DNA from: Callorhinchus milii | Lineage: Eukaryota | Assembly (NCBI RefSeq): GCF_018977255.1 | Contig: NW_024704742.1 | Span: 34,412,001 to 34,476,000 of the forward strand | Direction of reading: 5' to 3' | Length of the DNA stretch: 64,000 nucleotides | Shown: positions 38,719-51,185 of the stretch, piece after piece | Position numbering within the stretch: position 1 is the first letter of the stretch | Layout of the letters: each line of letters starts with the position of its first letter | The notes under the pieces: model-generated | The model's input: the letters and a program-made list of their open reading frames with translations, nothing else | Told to the model about the DNA's origin: nothing | Database searches by the model: none | Made by a program: the position numbers and the translations under genes

Positions 38719-39070
38719 CAATAACAACAACAAATTGCATTTATATAGCACTTTTCACTTTGGGTGGATGTCCCACAGTCTTTAAAAGTGAAGCCGAGGA
38801 TCCTAAACTGAATCCTCTGGGGAACGAGGAGCCAGTAAAGCCAAGCGAGGAAGGAGATAATCGGTTCAGGGAGCTTAGTGCAGGAGAAGACACGAACTGC
38901 AGAGTTCTGAATAATCTGCTGCTTATGGAGGGAAGAGTTGGGAAGTCCGGTGAGCAGGGAATTAGCACAGTAAGTCTGGATGTAAAGAAATGGATGAGGG
39001 TCTCGGCAGCCTGAAGGGAGAAGAGGTGGTGGAAGTGATAAATGTTGCGGAAGTAGGGGAAGGCACAACA
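38719..39070 (-). mobile_element. L2-clade LINE fragment with internal deletion
   Basis: YCANSLLTGLPNSSLHKQQIIQNSAVRVFS...WLLVPQRIQFRIL joined directly to the tail. Confidence 0.88.
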
Positions 39071-41477
39071 AGTATCCAAATCAAATTGAGGGTTTCTTGC
39101 AACTCATCTATACATGAAAATTCCTGAGATATTTATTGCAGTGGAATGTGTACTCTCATCCTGGGAGCACCCATCCTGCTTACCTAATTCCAGAGAATAT
39201 TAGACACAGGTTAGCAAGACCCGAGGCTTGGGGACTACAGAGGAGTGCTCCTGGAGTCGAACCAGCTAAAATTGCATAGCTTGCCACTGAAAGCACTGTT
39301 CCACAAGATTTCCCACTGCTTGTCCAGCTAGAACTTTGGCTTGAAGGATTAACAGAAGCTGAGTGGGAGGATTCCCTGCCCCCAGTGTCTGGTCTCCCGT
39401 CCCGAGTCCTGCCGATGGGCACAGCTGACTTGTGCTCTCATAAGCAGTGCTTTAGAATACTATGAACCTACCTGTCTCAGTAACTGGATTATCAAGAGTG
39501 CCACAGCGGGTTGGCTTGATTCTGACATTCAGTTGCGAAGGAAACACTGCGTTAAGCACATCTCTTGTTACCTAGTTATCGTTATGAAATTGTGTATACT
39601 TTCACTTCACCCTTCCGGTTGTTGTTGACTTGTCTCCTTGCTTTGGGTAATTGTAATCCCCCGTTATTTTCGTGTGGTAATTCCCTACATTTTTTACTTG
39701 TCCAAAGAACTCATAATAGTAATGTATCTCCATGTTCACTTGTAGCCAAATGCAATCAACAATCTTTACTTTGTTGCATTTATAATGAATAAATTCCAGC
39801 TCAGATTACTTCAGTCAACTCCCCTTTTCATATTGTTGTTTCCAGTCATACCTATATCCAATAAGAACATGAAGTAGAATAGGAATGAACATTGAATGAA
39901 CATATACATAACATATATCCATCTGGAGAAAGGACTTCATTAATGATATATTCAGTGCACTTTGTAATAGTCTAGTCTCAGGGAATTTTAGAGTTTGGTT
40001 GGCAAAAGTGTTTTTTGGGGGCCAGAAATAGCAAATCACCAGAATTAATGTGCTTGGTGCATACCACAGTATGCTATGATCTGCTGGGTGATGTTTCACT
40101 GGCACAGAATCAAATATTGGCATGAGTGTCCATCTTCAGATCAAATACAGACAACATTGGTCTATTTTTACCAGTTTAATTTGGTACTTTATACCATGAT
40201 CTGTTTGGAAAGTATTTGACATACAGCTCATTAATTGTTTATTAACTTGGATGACCTTGAGCTTAGAACAGAAGGAATTCTGAGGAAAGCAATTCAGGGA
40301 TCGACAATTTCTTTTCACTAAAAATGTCTGGTAAAGGAAGGCATGCTAAAGATCACATGATATTCCGAAATGTTAGCTTTAGAAAGGAGCAAACTGAAGA
40401 GCCTGTCACCTTAACATCAACATTAACATTATATTATAAATTGACTGTCATTTTAATATGTGTTGCATTTTTTAATTCTTAAATTGAGTTTAATATAAAG
40501 AGTCAATTGCACAAATCCAAAGCAAGAAAAAGATGGCAACTGACAGCAAAAACTAAATAGCGATATCATATAGCAGTTCCGTCATTGTTAATACGTCTAT
40601 TCGAAGTAACTAGTGCCCAGTTGCAGATCTCAGTGCAACAACTGGGCAATGAAACCTTTTGCCAGCTGTCTCCCTGCTTGCAGTTACTGGTCTGTTGCTG
40701 ATGGTTGCTGAGGTGTATGTGATGGAATACAAACAGTGAAAGGGTATTTTCCTCATGGCACAGAGGGTGAATGAATGTGTTTATGACAACAATAAATAGA
40801 TCAAGGTCATTGCGATTAATATGTGGTACAGTATATGATGTGATAATTATCACCAATAGTAGTTGATTACCTATGATAATGTAATTGCCACCAGTGATAC
40901 CTACCACACTGTGGGACAGTGCACATCAGTGTATGACAGCACAGACCCCAACTCCGTTCAAATATTCAGTTAAGACGACAGAATTCACTGCACTGGCAGA
41001 GAAATGTTGGGATCCACATGGCTGGTTCAAAACCACCATCACCAACTAAATGATTGTAGCAACCGGCTTTGGACAAACCTTATGAACAAATTTTGGGAGT
41101 TTGAGTGTTCAGCAATTACTGGCTAAGATATCTCCAAGTAGAGTAATGGCCCATGAGATGATAATTATCACCAGAGACAATCTTAGCCTCATAAAAACAT
41201 TTTTCACCCAGTATATAATTCTGTGTGCAGAAATGATATGAATTATCAAAGTTCTTGAATCAAAAAGATCCAAATGCTAATTGAATATAACTTACAATAT
41301 CTGATATCTACCATATATTATGTTATATATTGGTATATTACAGGCACTGATAAAATAAAGTTTATTGAAAAAAAATCTTTTCTAAGAATATTATTTGTGG
41401 ATGATCTTTTAGCCATTTGAGACATCTAGAAGACGTGAAAAGCGCTATATCAAATGCAAGAATTATTATTATTATTT

Positions 41478-42028
41478 GCCATGCTCTCTGGAACTCCATC
41501 TCAGAGTCTCTCCAACTTAACCCTCCCTCCCCACTGTCAAAGGTTGCCTTAAAACTGTGCCTTTGTTCATCTTTTCCAGCTCCCAACACCTTCTTCACCG
41601 TGTGGAGTCCTGTAGCTCAGTGGTTAGAGCACTCGCTTTGCAAGTGAGAGACCCGAGTTCAATTCCAGGCAGAGGGCGAAACCTTGGGCAAGTTTCCTTA
41701 CTCCACACAGAGCCTAATAATAATCCCTCCAAAACCAAAAAAAAATAATAAATTGGTCATTTTTCAATCTACGACTGTTTGTGGGACATTGCTGTGCGCA
41801 ATTGGCTGCCACGTTCGCCCACAAATATACAGTCAATTCACTTTACAGTGTGTTCTGTGAAGCGCTTTGGGACGTCCTCCCGACGTGAAAAGCGCTATAT
41901 CAAATGCAAGGATTATTATTATTATTCAACTACGCCATCCCCAGCTCAGGTACCCACCTAGCTGTGCAAAGGCGCTTTTAGACATCCTGCCAATATGAAA
42001 GGCACCATATAAATGTAAATTATAATGC
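41478..42028 (+). mobile_element. Old L2 3' end, split by the SINE at 41602-41926
   Basis: LWNSISESLQL...LKLCL before the SINE. L2 3' UTR and tail resume at 41927. Confidence 0.65.
41602..41926 (+). mobile_element. Young full-length tRNA-derived SINE (short-middle subfamily)
   Basis: A box TAGCTCAGTGG, B box GAGTTCAATTCC, tail (ATT)n. About 5 differences from 43057-43369. Confidence 0.95.
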
Positions 42029-42189
42029 ACTGAATTGTAAATCCTATTAGTTGCTGTTTAAGCTTTTGATTATATGCCTTCCCAATATTTGGTTTAAGAG
42101 GAACAGAATTATTAGATGTGTTTGATCAGGTAGGAACAGTCTGGATACTGTTTTCCTAAGGAGTATATGGGGCAGGTTGTGGCTTTCTG

Positions 42190-42610
42190 TGAGATTATAG
42201 AAAATCACAAAGTGCAAGGAAAAAACACTTATGTTTTGTTCATCAACTCCATACGTCTTTCAACCTAGTGCCTTATGAAGTCCTCATAAGGAAGCTGGAA
42301 GTTAAGGGAATACATGACCAAATCTTGGAGTTTATTCAGGATGTGTATTCCAGCTCCACAATCCATGTAAAGGTTGCTGGGAGACTCATCAAGTCTATTC
42401 GCTCAAAAGGTTGTTAAGGCAATATTGTCACTGTCACATACATTATTTGATGTATTCATCAATGAAGCATTGGATAACATTGAAAGGGACAGACTTGTTC
42501 CAGGCATTTCTGATAGATTGTGTCACTTCTGTTTGCAGATGATATTGTGCTGTAAGCAGCCTCGCCTGGGAAAGTCATGCTGTACTCAATACCTTGAACA
42601 CTGGGCCACT
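42190..42610 (+). mobile_element. Degenerate non-LTR reverse transcriptase fragment, unlike the L2 copies
   Basis: LVPYEVLIRKLEVKGIHDQILEFIQDVYS..., LFDVFINEAL..., and SLLFADDIVL at ~42523-42552. Confidence 0.7.
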
Positions 42611-42618
42611 CAGTGGAC

Positions 42619-42950
42619 ATAATAATAATCATTGCATTTGATATAGGGCCATATCACATTATTGAGCTATCTCAAAGCGCTTCACAGAATATACTGTAAA
42701 GTGAATTGACTGTTTATTTTGTGGGCAAAACGCGGCAGCCAAGTGCACTCAGCAGTGTCTCACAAACAGTCGTGGATTGAATGACCACATTTTTTTAAAA
42801 AGGATTATTACTCCCAGAAAGCGATCTGCCAATCAACTAGCAACCAGGTTCCTACTTACTGCTAAATAAACAGAGACTTGTGGAGGAAAAAAACCCGGGT
42901 CCTCTCGCTTGTGAGGCGAATCCTCTAACCAATACTCATCAGGACTCCAC
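42619..42950 (-). mobile_element. tRNA-derived SINE
   Basis: Minus strand starts GTGGAGTCC, with shared body and tail. Confidence 0.88.
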
Positions 42951-43056
42951 GCCCTTACATGAGGACTTGAATTAAGTAGTCAGTATTGAGTAAGCCTGAT
43001 ATGTGACATTGAACTTGGATCTCTAGAACATCAAAGTGGCTGGTACGTCACAAGCT

Positions 43057-43369
43057 ATAATCCTTGCATTTGATATAGCGCTTTTCACGTCGGGAGGACG
43101 TCCCAAAGCGCTTCACAGAACACACTGTAAAGTGAATTGACTGTATATTTGTGGGCGAACGCGGCAGCCAATTGCGCACAGCAATGTCCCACAAACAGTC
43201 GTAGATTGAAAATGACCAATTTATTATTGTTTTTGGTTTTGGAGGGATTATTATTAGGCTCTGTGTGGAGTAAGGAAACTTGCCCAAGGTTTCGCCCTCT
43301 GCCTGGAATTGAACTCAGGTCTCTCACTTGCAAAGCGAGTGCTCTAACCACTGAGCTACAGGACTCCAC
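43057..43369 (-). mobile_element. Young full-length tRNA-derived SINE, inverted twin of 41602-41926
   Basis: Reverse complement is nearly identical to 41602-41915. Confidence 0.95.
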
Positions 43370-43479
43370 TGGAGCTGTCCTCTAACGATCCTTTCACCAT
43401 CCTGTCAAATAGCTGGTCAGAAAACTCTGAGGCTTGAAATCACAGCTGCTAGAAGGCATTATCTGGAGTCTGAGTTCAT

Positions 43480-44570
43480 GTGTTTTATCTTGGCTCATTG
43501 AGTAGCACTCTCGCCTCTCAGTCAAAAGGTTTTGGGTTCAAGCCACATGTTGGGACTTGGAATTAAATAGTCGAAGTTGATACTCCAATGCAGTGCTGGA
43601 GGTGTGTTGCATTGTCGGAGGTGCCGTCATTCAGGTGAGATGTTAAACCAAGGTCCCTTCTGCCTGTTCAGGTGGATAAAGATCCTAAAGGAACTATTCA
43701 AAAAGAAAAGGGAGTTTTTTCCTGGTTGCTGGCCAATCATACCCCAAGTAAAAATGTGGTCATATCCGCGCCACAACTGGCACTGCCTTCCACCACCTCC
43801 GGAATGTCGCCAGACTACGGCACTACCTCACCCCTCACGCTGCTGAAACTCTGGTCCACGCCTTTATCACCTCAAGGCTGGACTATGGGAACTCTCTCCT
43901 CGCCGGCCTTCCCGGCACCTCCCTCCACAAGCTGCAGGTCATTCAGAACTCTGCAGCTCGTGTACTGTCCCGCACCAGGCTTCGGGAACACATCACTCCC
44001 ACCCTCGCTCGCCTCCACTGGCTCCCCATCCCCCAGAGGATCGAATTCAAGATCCTCATCCTCACCTACAAGGCCATTCACGGCCTTGCTCCCCCCTACC
44101 TCTCCGACCTACTATCCCCCTACCTACCTGCCCGTACCCTCCGTTCCTCTGGCTCCGGTCTGCTCCACATCCCCCGCCCCAACCGCCCTACCATTGGTGG
44201 CCGGGCCTTCAGCCTCTCAGCCCCTAGGCTCTGGAACTCTATCCCCCAGTGCATTCGCATCCTCCTCCCTTTCCTCCTTCAAGGCCGGTCTCAAGACCTT
44301 TCTCTTTGACTGTGCCTTCAGCTCCCCTCTCGACTCTCTACCCCCTCCTCGCTCCCTCCCTTCCCTCCCCTCACCCTGACCATTTCCCCCTTGCTCGGGT
44401 CCTGACCCAACTGTACAGCGCCTTGGGACGTCCTCCCGACGTGAAAGGCGCTCAATAAATGGAATCTTGTTGTTGTTGTTGTTGTTGTTGTGGTCATTCA
44501 CTCCATGGTGGTTTGTGGGTCATTGCTGTGCACAACATGTGTAAATCATGTGAAGCTCTTTGAGATGTCT
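43480..44570 (+). mobile_element. Deu-domain SINE (43480-43763 and 44489-44570) split by an L2 insertion
   Basis: gtcggaggtgccgtc...gagatgttaaaccaagg...caggtgga core. Body resumes at tggtcattcactccatgg after the LINE tail. Confidence 0.85.
43764..44490 (+). mobile_element. Young 5'-truncated L2-clade LINE with (TTG)n tail
   Basis: Stop-free frame from 43761: HIRATTGTAFHHLRNVARLR...HAFITSRLDYGNSLLAGLP...HWLPIPQRIEFKIL...GGRAFSLSAPRLWNSIP. CpGs retained. Confidence 0.95.
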
Positions 44571-44584
44571 CTTTCTCTCTTTCA

Positions 44585-45427
44585 AATTTTCACATCAGGA
44601 GTATGTCCCAAGGCCCTGGACAGTCAGGATTGGGGGTTGGGATTGGGAAGGCTAGAGGGACAGCAGGGGGGAAGCCGGGTGATTAAAAGCATGGTCGAAG
44701 AGGAGGGTCTTGAGATGGTCTTGAAGGAGGCAAGGGAGGGGTCGAGGTGGAGGGACCTGCGGGATGGAGTTCCAGAAGGTGGGGACAGAGTGACAGAAGG
44801 CCCGCCCGCCAATGGTGGGGCGAGCGAGGCAGGGGACATGAAGCAGGCCGGAGCCCGCTGAGTGGAGGGAGTGGGCAGGATGATAGGGAGTTAGGAGGTT
44901 ACAGAGGTAGGGGGAAGCAAGGCCATGGAGAGCTTTGAAGGTGAGGACCAGGATCTTGAACTGTATCCTCTGTGTGATGGGAGGCCAATAGAGTCAGGTG
45001 AGGATAGGGTGACAGGGTCATGGAGTTTGGTGCGGGAGAGGACACGGACTGCTAGATGATCTGGATGATCTGCAGCCTATGAAGGGAGGAGTTGGGGAGG
45101 ACGACAAGCAAGGCGTTTACATAGTCAAGCCTCGATGTTATGAATGCGTGTAGGAGGGTTTCAGTTGCCTGCAGTGTGAGACAGTGACGGAGTGGGGCAG
45201 TGTTGCGGAGGTGGAGGAAGGCAGAGCGGGTAATGACATGGATGTGGGGTAGAAAGGATAGTTGAGGGTCAAACAAGATGCCAAGGTTCTGGACCGGCTT
45301 AGTAAGGTGGAGTGTGCGACCATGGATGGTGATGCTGTCAGTGCCTGAGGTGTGGAGGTGCTGACGGGAGCCAATCAGGAGGGCCTCGGTCTCTTTAACG
45401 TTCAACTGAAGAAAGTTAGCTCTCATC
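44585..45427 (-). mobile_element. L2-clade LINE fragment, same subfamily as 33398-34740
   Basis: MRANFLQLNVKETEALLIG...NLGILFDPQLSFLPHI...HAFITSRLDY. Confidence 0.93.
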
Positions 45428-46099
45428 CTCCTGACATGAAAGGTTCTATATCAAATGTAAGGATTATTTCCATCCTACATCATACATTCTTCAGTTATTT
45501 CCTTCTCTGACATAATACTTTCATCAAGTCAGGAAGTGTTACATTCCACAATCAGCATAGTGCTCAGGAAGGACAAGTTGGAAAGGTCAAGAGAGATGAA
45601 GAAAAATAAGTCAATGGCCTGTTTTCTCCCCAATAAATGCTGTCGTTTGCTGCTGGGTAATGTTTTCATTGCTCTGTGTAACAATGTATAGTTACATGTA
45701 AATCACAGTTATTACTGTAATAGGGTGGACAGGTTATACGAGAAATTGGGAAATTTCTCGAGTGCGCCTTGTGAAGCATTCCCAAGCACCACGATAAGTG
45801 GTTCCCACTGCTTACCATCCCATACCACGTAGTTCAGTATTTCCATTTAAGCCCAACAAAGGTTTTACGTTCGTGGACGTTTTATGCTTTTTGGTGTTCC
45901 CCCCCCCCATCACAATTCGGCACCCCTCCCCCACACACACAAATAGGCACTCCCAAGAATGAGTGCCATGGCAATCCCAAGCCATTTGGTTAGCCAGTCC
46001 TCCACTGTAATTAACTTACAGATATGTGTTACTCTCTATGTCACTCCCTTATCAGATATGCATTACTTTTTTTTGTAACTCACCCAGAAATATCCATTA

Positions 46100-46620
46100 C
46101 AACTACAACAGATTTACATTGATGCCTTTTATGTCGGGAGGACATCACATGCTGCTGGAGAGTGCAGGGTTCACACCTAGCTGGGGGTGAGGGGGGAGCC
46201 GAGGGGGTGGAGATGCAGTCAAAGAAGAAGGTCTTGAGTAGGACCTTGAAGGAGGTGAGGAAAGGAGCGAGGTAAAGGGACTCTGAGATGGAGTTCCTAG
46301 AGAATGGGGGTAGATACACTGAAAGTCCAATCACTAATGGTGGGGCGGGTAGGACATGGGAGTGAAGCAGGCCAGTCCCCACCAAGCAGAGTGAGCAGTT
46401 GGGTTTGTAAGGTTTGAGAAGGTCGCAGACGTAGGGTGGGGTAGGGTCATGGAGGGACTTAAAGGTGAAGATGAGGATCTTGATCTTGATCTGCTGTGGG
46501 AGGCAGTGGAGCCTGACGAGGAAGAGGCTGATAGGTTCGCAGAGCCTAGTGCAGGAAAAGACATGAGCTGCAGAGTTCTGGGTAGTCTGCAGCTTGTGGA
46601 GGGAAGAGTTGGGAAGTACG
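46100..46620 (-). mobile_element. L2-clade LINE 3' fragment
   Basis: Similar to other minus-strand L2 ends (FKVLLKTFFFD, tail tttatgtcgggaggacatc). Confidence 0.85.
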
Positions 46621-46639
46621 GTGGTGTAATACTCTAACT

Positions 46640-47060
46640 TACTTGTTCATTTGGCAGCACGCTCACCTCTGAGTCTGAAAGTTGTGGGCTGAAACCCCAC
46701 ATCAAGACTTGGAACTGATTTAGTATAAGATGACAGTCCAATGCAGTGCTGGGGTGTGCTGCATTTTTGGAGGTGCCATTCTTCAGATGAGACTTTAAAC
46801 CAAGTCTGCCTGTTCACGTGGATGTTAAAAATCCCATAACACTATTCCAAAGCAGAAGGGAGTTTTTCCCAGTATCCTGGGCAACAGTCCTCCATGTAAA
46901 ATTGGTCACTCATTCCATGGCTGTTTGTGGGACATTGCTTTGTGCCGTGTTCACCCACAAAACACATCGTCACTCCACTTTACAATATATGATGTGAAGC
47001 ACTTTGGGACATCCTTCTGACATGAAAGGCACAATACCAAGGAGTTAGTAGTATTATTAA
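46640..47060 (+). mobile_element. Full-length Deu-domain SINE
   Basis: Head with ggcagcacgctcacctctgagtc, Deu-type core, shared tail. Confidence 0.85.
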
Positions 47061-47284
47061 ACATCCATTACTCTCTTTGTGACTTGTTTAACATATCCCT
47101 TACTTTTCATGTCATGTATTTACAAATATCCTTTACTTACTTATGGATGTCCATTATCCATGGACCTTAGTGATATTTATTACTTTATATGGACTTCACA
47201 CACATGAATTACTCTCTAAATAACTCACATATACAATGTATTCACTTTCAACTACACAACTGATATACAAATTATCTATACACA

Positions 47285-47712
47285 GGTGTCAGTCTGGGTC
47301 ATTTGGAAGTAATCTTGCCTCTGAATCAGAACATTGTAGGTTTGAGCCCTACTTTGAATTTACATTGTAGGCAGACACCCAATGGAGTCTTGGGGGTGTG
47401 CTGCATTAGATGGAGATGCCATCCTTTGGATGAGAGACTAAACCAAGGGCCTATCTGCCTGATCTTGTGATGTTAAAGGTCCCATGGTATTATTTGGAAA
47501 AAGAACAAAGCTTCTCCCAGTTTCCTGGCTGACAATCTCCCAGATAAAATTGGTCATTCACTTCACGGCTGTTTGTAGGACACTACTGTGTGCAAATTGG
47601 CTTCCAAGTTTGCTTACAAATACAGTCACTACACTTCACAGTAAAATCCTGTGAAATGTTGAGAGCCATCTTGATGACTTGATAATGTGCTGTATCAAAT
47701 GTAAGGATTAAT
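47285..47712 (+). mobile_element. Full-length Deu-domain SINE
   Basis: Collinear with 46640-47060. Confidence 0.85.
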
Positions 47713-49139
47713 TTTACTGTCTCTATCATTCCTTATCCAGTTTAATTACACATATCTACTATCTTTTGACTAATTCAACAACTCAATTGATGATTTCTCA
47801 TCCTCCTGGAAAAAAAATGGTTGTGACATAAATGAAATACCAATCACATGATGCTTGTGTTAGTTTCCAAGGGTTGGATGTCTGTTCTGCAGTTCCATGG
47901 TTCCAGCACTATGTGGCAGCAAAGGATAAAGCCATTCAATCACTCAACTGTGTCCTAATCATCCCACATAGAATTCAGCCATCAGTTTGGATTAAAGTCT
48001 TTGATGCAGTCCATGATGGATTATATAACAACAAGCATCACACAAATTGAAGGCTGCTTAAATATGCAAAACACATTTAGCATATTAGCTTTCTATTGAG
48101 TTCATGGCTCTGCTACAGCCCAATGTCCATCAGTAACTCACTCTGTATGTCTTACTTAGATTCAATACTGCAGCAGTTGCTGGCCAAATAATGATAGAAA
48201 CCAGATGAATATTTTCTAGTGTGAGCAGGCCAGCAGTATGATAAAATCAGGTCATCAAACAATCTGGAAATGTTTTACATAGTCCAATATTATATAGGCC
48301 AAAGTTCCCTGACATTGAGCATCACAAATAATTTGAGAGCAGTGCACCATTTCCTTTTAGTGAGTTGTCCATCCTTCTGCTCAGTCCAGTACAAAACTTG
48401 GATTCTTGCTATAAATCCAAACACTTTGGAGCAAGTTGAAGATAATAGAATACCCAGTACATGCAAAACATACTATCAACAAAAAAAGAACCGCATCAGA
48501 TGAAAAACACAAACATTACAATAGAAAATGCTTTCAGAATTAGACTGGCTTTAATCTTTCTTCTTGAGGTCATGAACATTCCTTTTCCCCCTTTCACTTA
48601 CTTCAAGTACTCACACTGTGCCCTTTTTAATAGTGGCAGGGAAATACTGATCTCTTCTAATGTTCATCCATCAGTGTGTGGCTATGGCTCAGACTGAGCC
48701 CTAACTTTCAGCAGCAATAATGAAAGATGAAGAAGTGCTTGACTTTTCCAAAAAAATCAATCCACATTCAGGCTGATCAGATGAAAGTACAGCCCTTTTT
48801 TTTAGTTTACTTTTTTTCAAAAAAAAAGGTTTAATTTTAAACGTTTAAGAATCGCCATCCAGTTTGGTGCTCCCTCCCGCTGAGTGACACAGCTATGCCA
48901 GCAGGCACCCCATGAACAGAGCTGCTTGTTTTGTAGGATTACACAGAGCAAATCAGCGATCCTGGGCACCCTGTGCAGTTACATGTTACGCTGTCATGTG
49001 AATGAAAGAATTCATACATCACATCACATTTATCCCGGAAACCTTCGCAAAATTATAGGGAACCATATGGAAGACATGGAGAAGTTGTGGGGAGAGGGGG
49101 GATAAAAAGCAACAAAGAACCCTTTCAGCTCTTATTCTG

Positions 49140-49562
49140 TGTGACAGCCTGGCCCAGTTGGTACAACTCTCACTGCTGAGTCAGAAGGTTGTGGGTTAGA
49201 ATCATGTAATATAGCCTGACACTCCAAAGTACTGCTGGAGGGTGTGCTCCAGTGTCGGAGTTGCCATCCTTTGGATGAGACATTAAACTGAGGTCCCATC
49301 TGCCTCTTCAGGTGGACTTAAAGCTCCCATGGCACTGGCCAATAAGAGAAGGGAGTTTCTCTGGTGTCCTACCCAACAATTCTCTCTAATAAAATTGGTC
49401 ATTCATTTCATGGCTGTTTGTAGAACATTGTTGTGTACAAATTGGCTGCTGCATTTGCCTATAAAATGCATAGTCACTACACTTTGCAGCATATCCCGTG
49501 ACACACTTGTGATGCCCTCCAGATATGAAGGGCACTGGATCAAATGTATGGAATATTATTTA
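49140..49562 (+). mobile_element. Full-length Deu-domain SINE
   Basis: Collinear with 47285-47712. Confidence 0.85.
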
Positions 49563-49959
49563 TTTGTACTAAGACTTTGAAGAGCAGAAACACTTTCTAT
49601 CATCTAATTCCTCATTTATTGTCTGTTGTACATAGTTCTGTATTTAACCTTATAAGCACTGTTATAACATTTTGCTAGCCATACTGCTTGTCACATGATT
49701 TCAGATCCTTCAAGGCAAAGGTTATGTTACACTTCCTGCTTTAGACCCACACAGTGTAAGGTGTCTTATGGTTGGAACATATTTTGAAATCTAAGATTCC
49801 ATGCATTTGATACAATAACTTAACACGTCAAAAATATCTTAAAATGCTTCATAGAATTTTTTTAAAAATGTCATGATTGTGTATGACATGGCTATCTTTT
49901 GGATATACAGTGGAACTTCACTGTATTGAGGTGGAAGGGAATCAGTGGTTTCACACTGC

Positions 49960-50372
49960 AATAGTAATAATTCTTGCATTTGATTTAATGCCTTATTATG
50001 TCATCAGGAAGTCTCAAAGTGCTTTGCAGGATTTTACTGTGAAGTATAGCGATTATATTTGTAGGCGAATATGGAAGCCAATTTGCGCGAGGACATGTCT
50101 CACAAATGGCCATGAAGTGAATGACCTATTTTATTTGCGGGAGGGAACATTAGCAGAAATCTTTTCAAGTGGTGATCTTTTCCAGCACCTGAAAGACAGG
50201 CGGGCCCTTGGATTAATGTTTCATCTGAGGACGACACCTCCAATACAACACCGCCCAGCACCGCTTTGAAGTGTCAGCCTAGACTGTGTAAATTTGAAGT
50301 CCCAACGTGGGACTTGAACTCATCATTTTCTGACACAGAGGCTGACTCTACCAACAGAGCTAGGCCGACACT
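49960..50372 (-). mobile_element. Full-length Deu-domain SINE, convergent with 49140-49562
   Basis: Reverse complement is collinear with the + copies. Confidence 0.85.
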
Positions 50373-50672
50373 CTAATAACCATAAAGTCAGTGATTATTT
50401 TAGTGTAGGGTGTCAACTTAGGTACAGGTGAGTCATCGTATTTTGAGAATAGGGCCTTACTTTGAGAAGAGGGAAAGAAGAAATATATATTTTTTAAAGA
50501 ATTCTAAGAAAAGTTTTATAGTGTATTGCATAAAACTAAGTAATATGTGGGAAGAAATAGTAAAATGTAATGTATACTCTAGTTTTAGGGCAAGTTAATT
50601 AAGTGTGCTTTAACCAGTATTAGAAATGTACATGATAGTTTGCTTTGAAGTAGAAAATGGGGCTTCTGTCCT

Positions 50673-51028
50673 GTGGAATCCGGTAGCTCAGTGGTTAGAG
50701 CACTCACCTCGCAAGCGAGAGACCTGGGTTCTATTCCCGGCAGGGCGTAATGTTGCATAAGTTTCCTTACTCCACACGCCTCTGTTTACGTAGCAGTAAG
50801 TAGGAACCTGGTTGTTTGTCGATTGGTGGATCGCTTTCCCGGGGATAATAAATCCTCAAAAAAAATATTGCGGTCACTGTTTGCGGGACACTGCTGTGTT
50901 CAATTGGCTGCTGGGTTTCGCCCACAAATATGCAGTCAATTCACCTTACAGTATATTCTGTGAAGCGCTTTGAGACGTCTAGAAGACGTGAAAAGTGCTA
51001 TATCAAATACAGGGATTATTATTATTAT
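50673..51028 (+). mobile_element. Full-length tRNA-derived SINE (long-middle subfamily)
   Basis: GTGGAATCCGGTAGCTCAGTGG...GGGTTCTATTCCC...(ATT)n. Confidence 0.93.
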
Positions 51029-51117
51029 AGATTGTCTAGGTTACAGATGTACATATAACACCAATTATCCACATGTTTGTTTACTCACTTCGGTCTCCGA
51101 TATGATTGTGGGACTGT

Positions 51118-51185
51118 AATAATAATAATCCTTGCATTTGATATAGCATTTTTCATGTCTTCTAGACGTCTCAAAGCGCTTCACA
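51118..51185 (-). mobile_element. SINE tail fragment
   Basis: Reverse complement of the tail at 50960-51028. Confidence 0.85.

Noticed and set aside
41602..41680. tRNA gene (also at other SINE heads)
   Set aside because: A and B boxes are present but continue directly into SINE body and tail in many copies, with no convincing acceptor stem.
43672..44379. 235-aa ORF as a host gene
   Set aside because: It is an off-frame reading of the L2 fragment. The RT-related peptide is in another frame.
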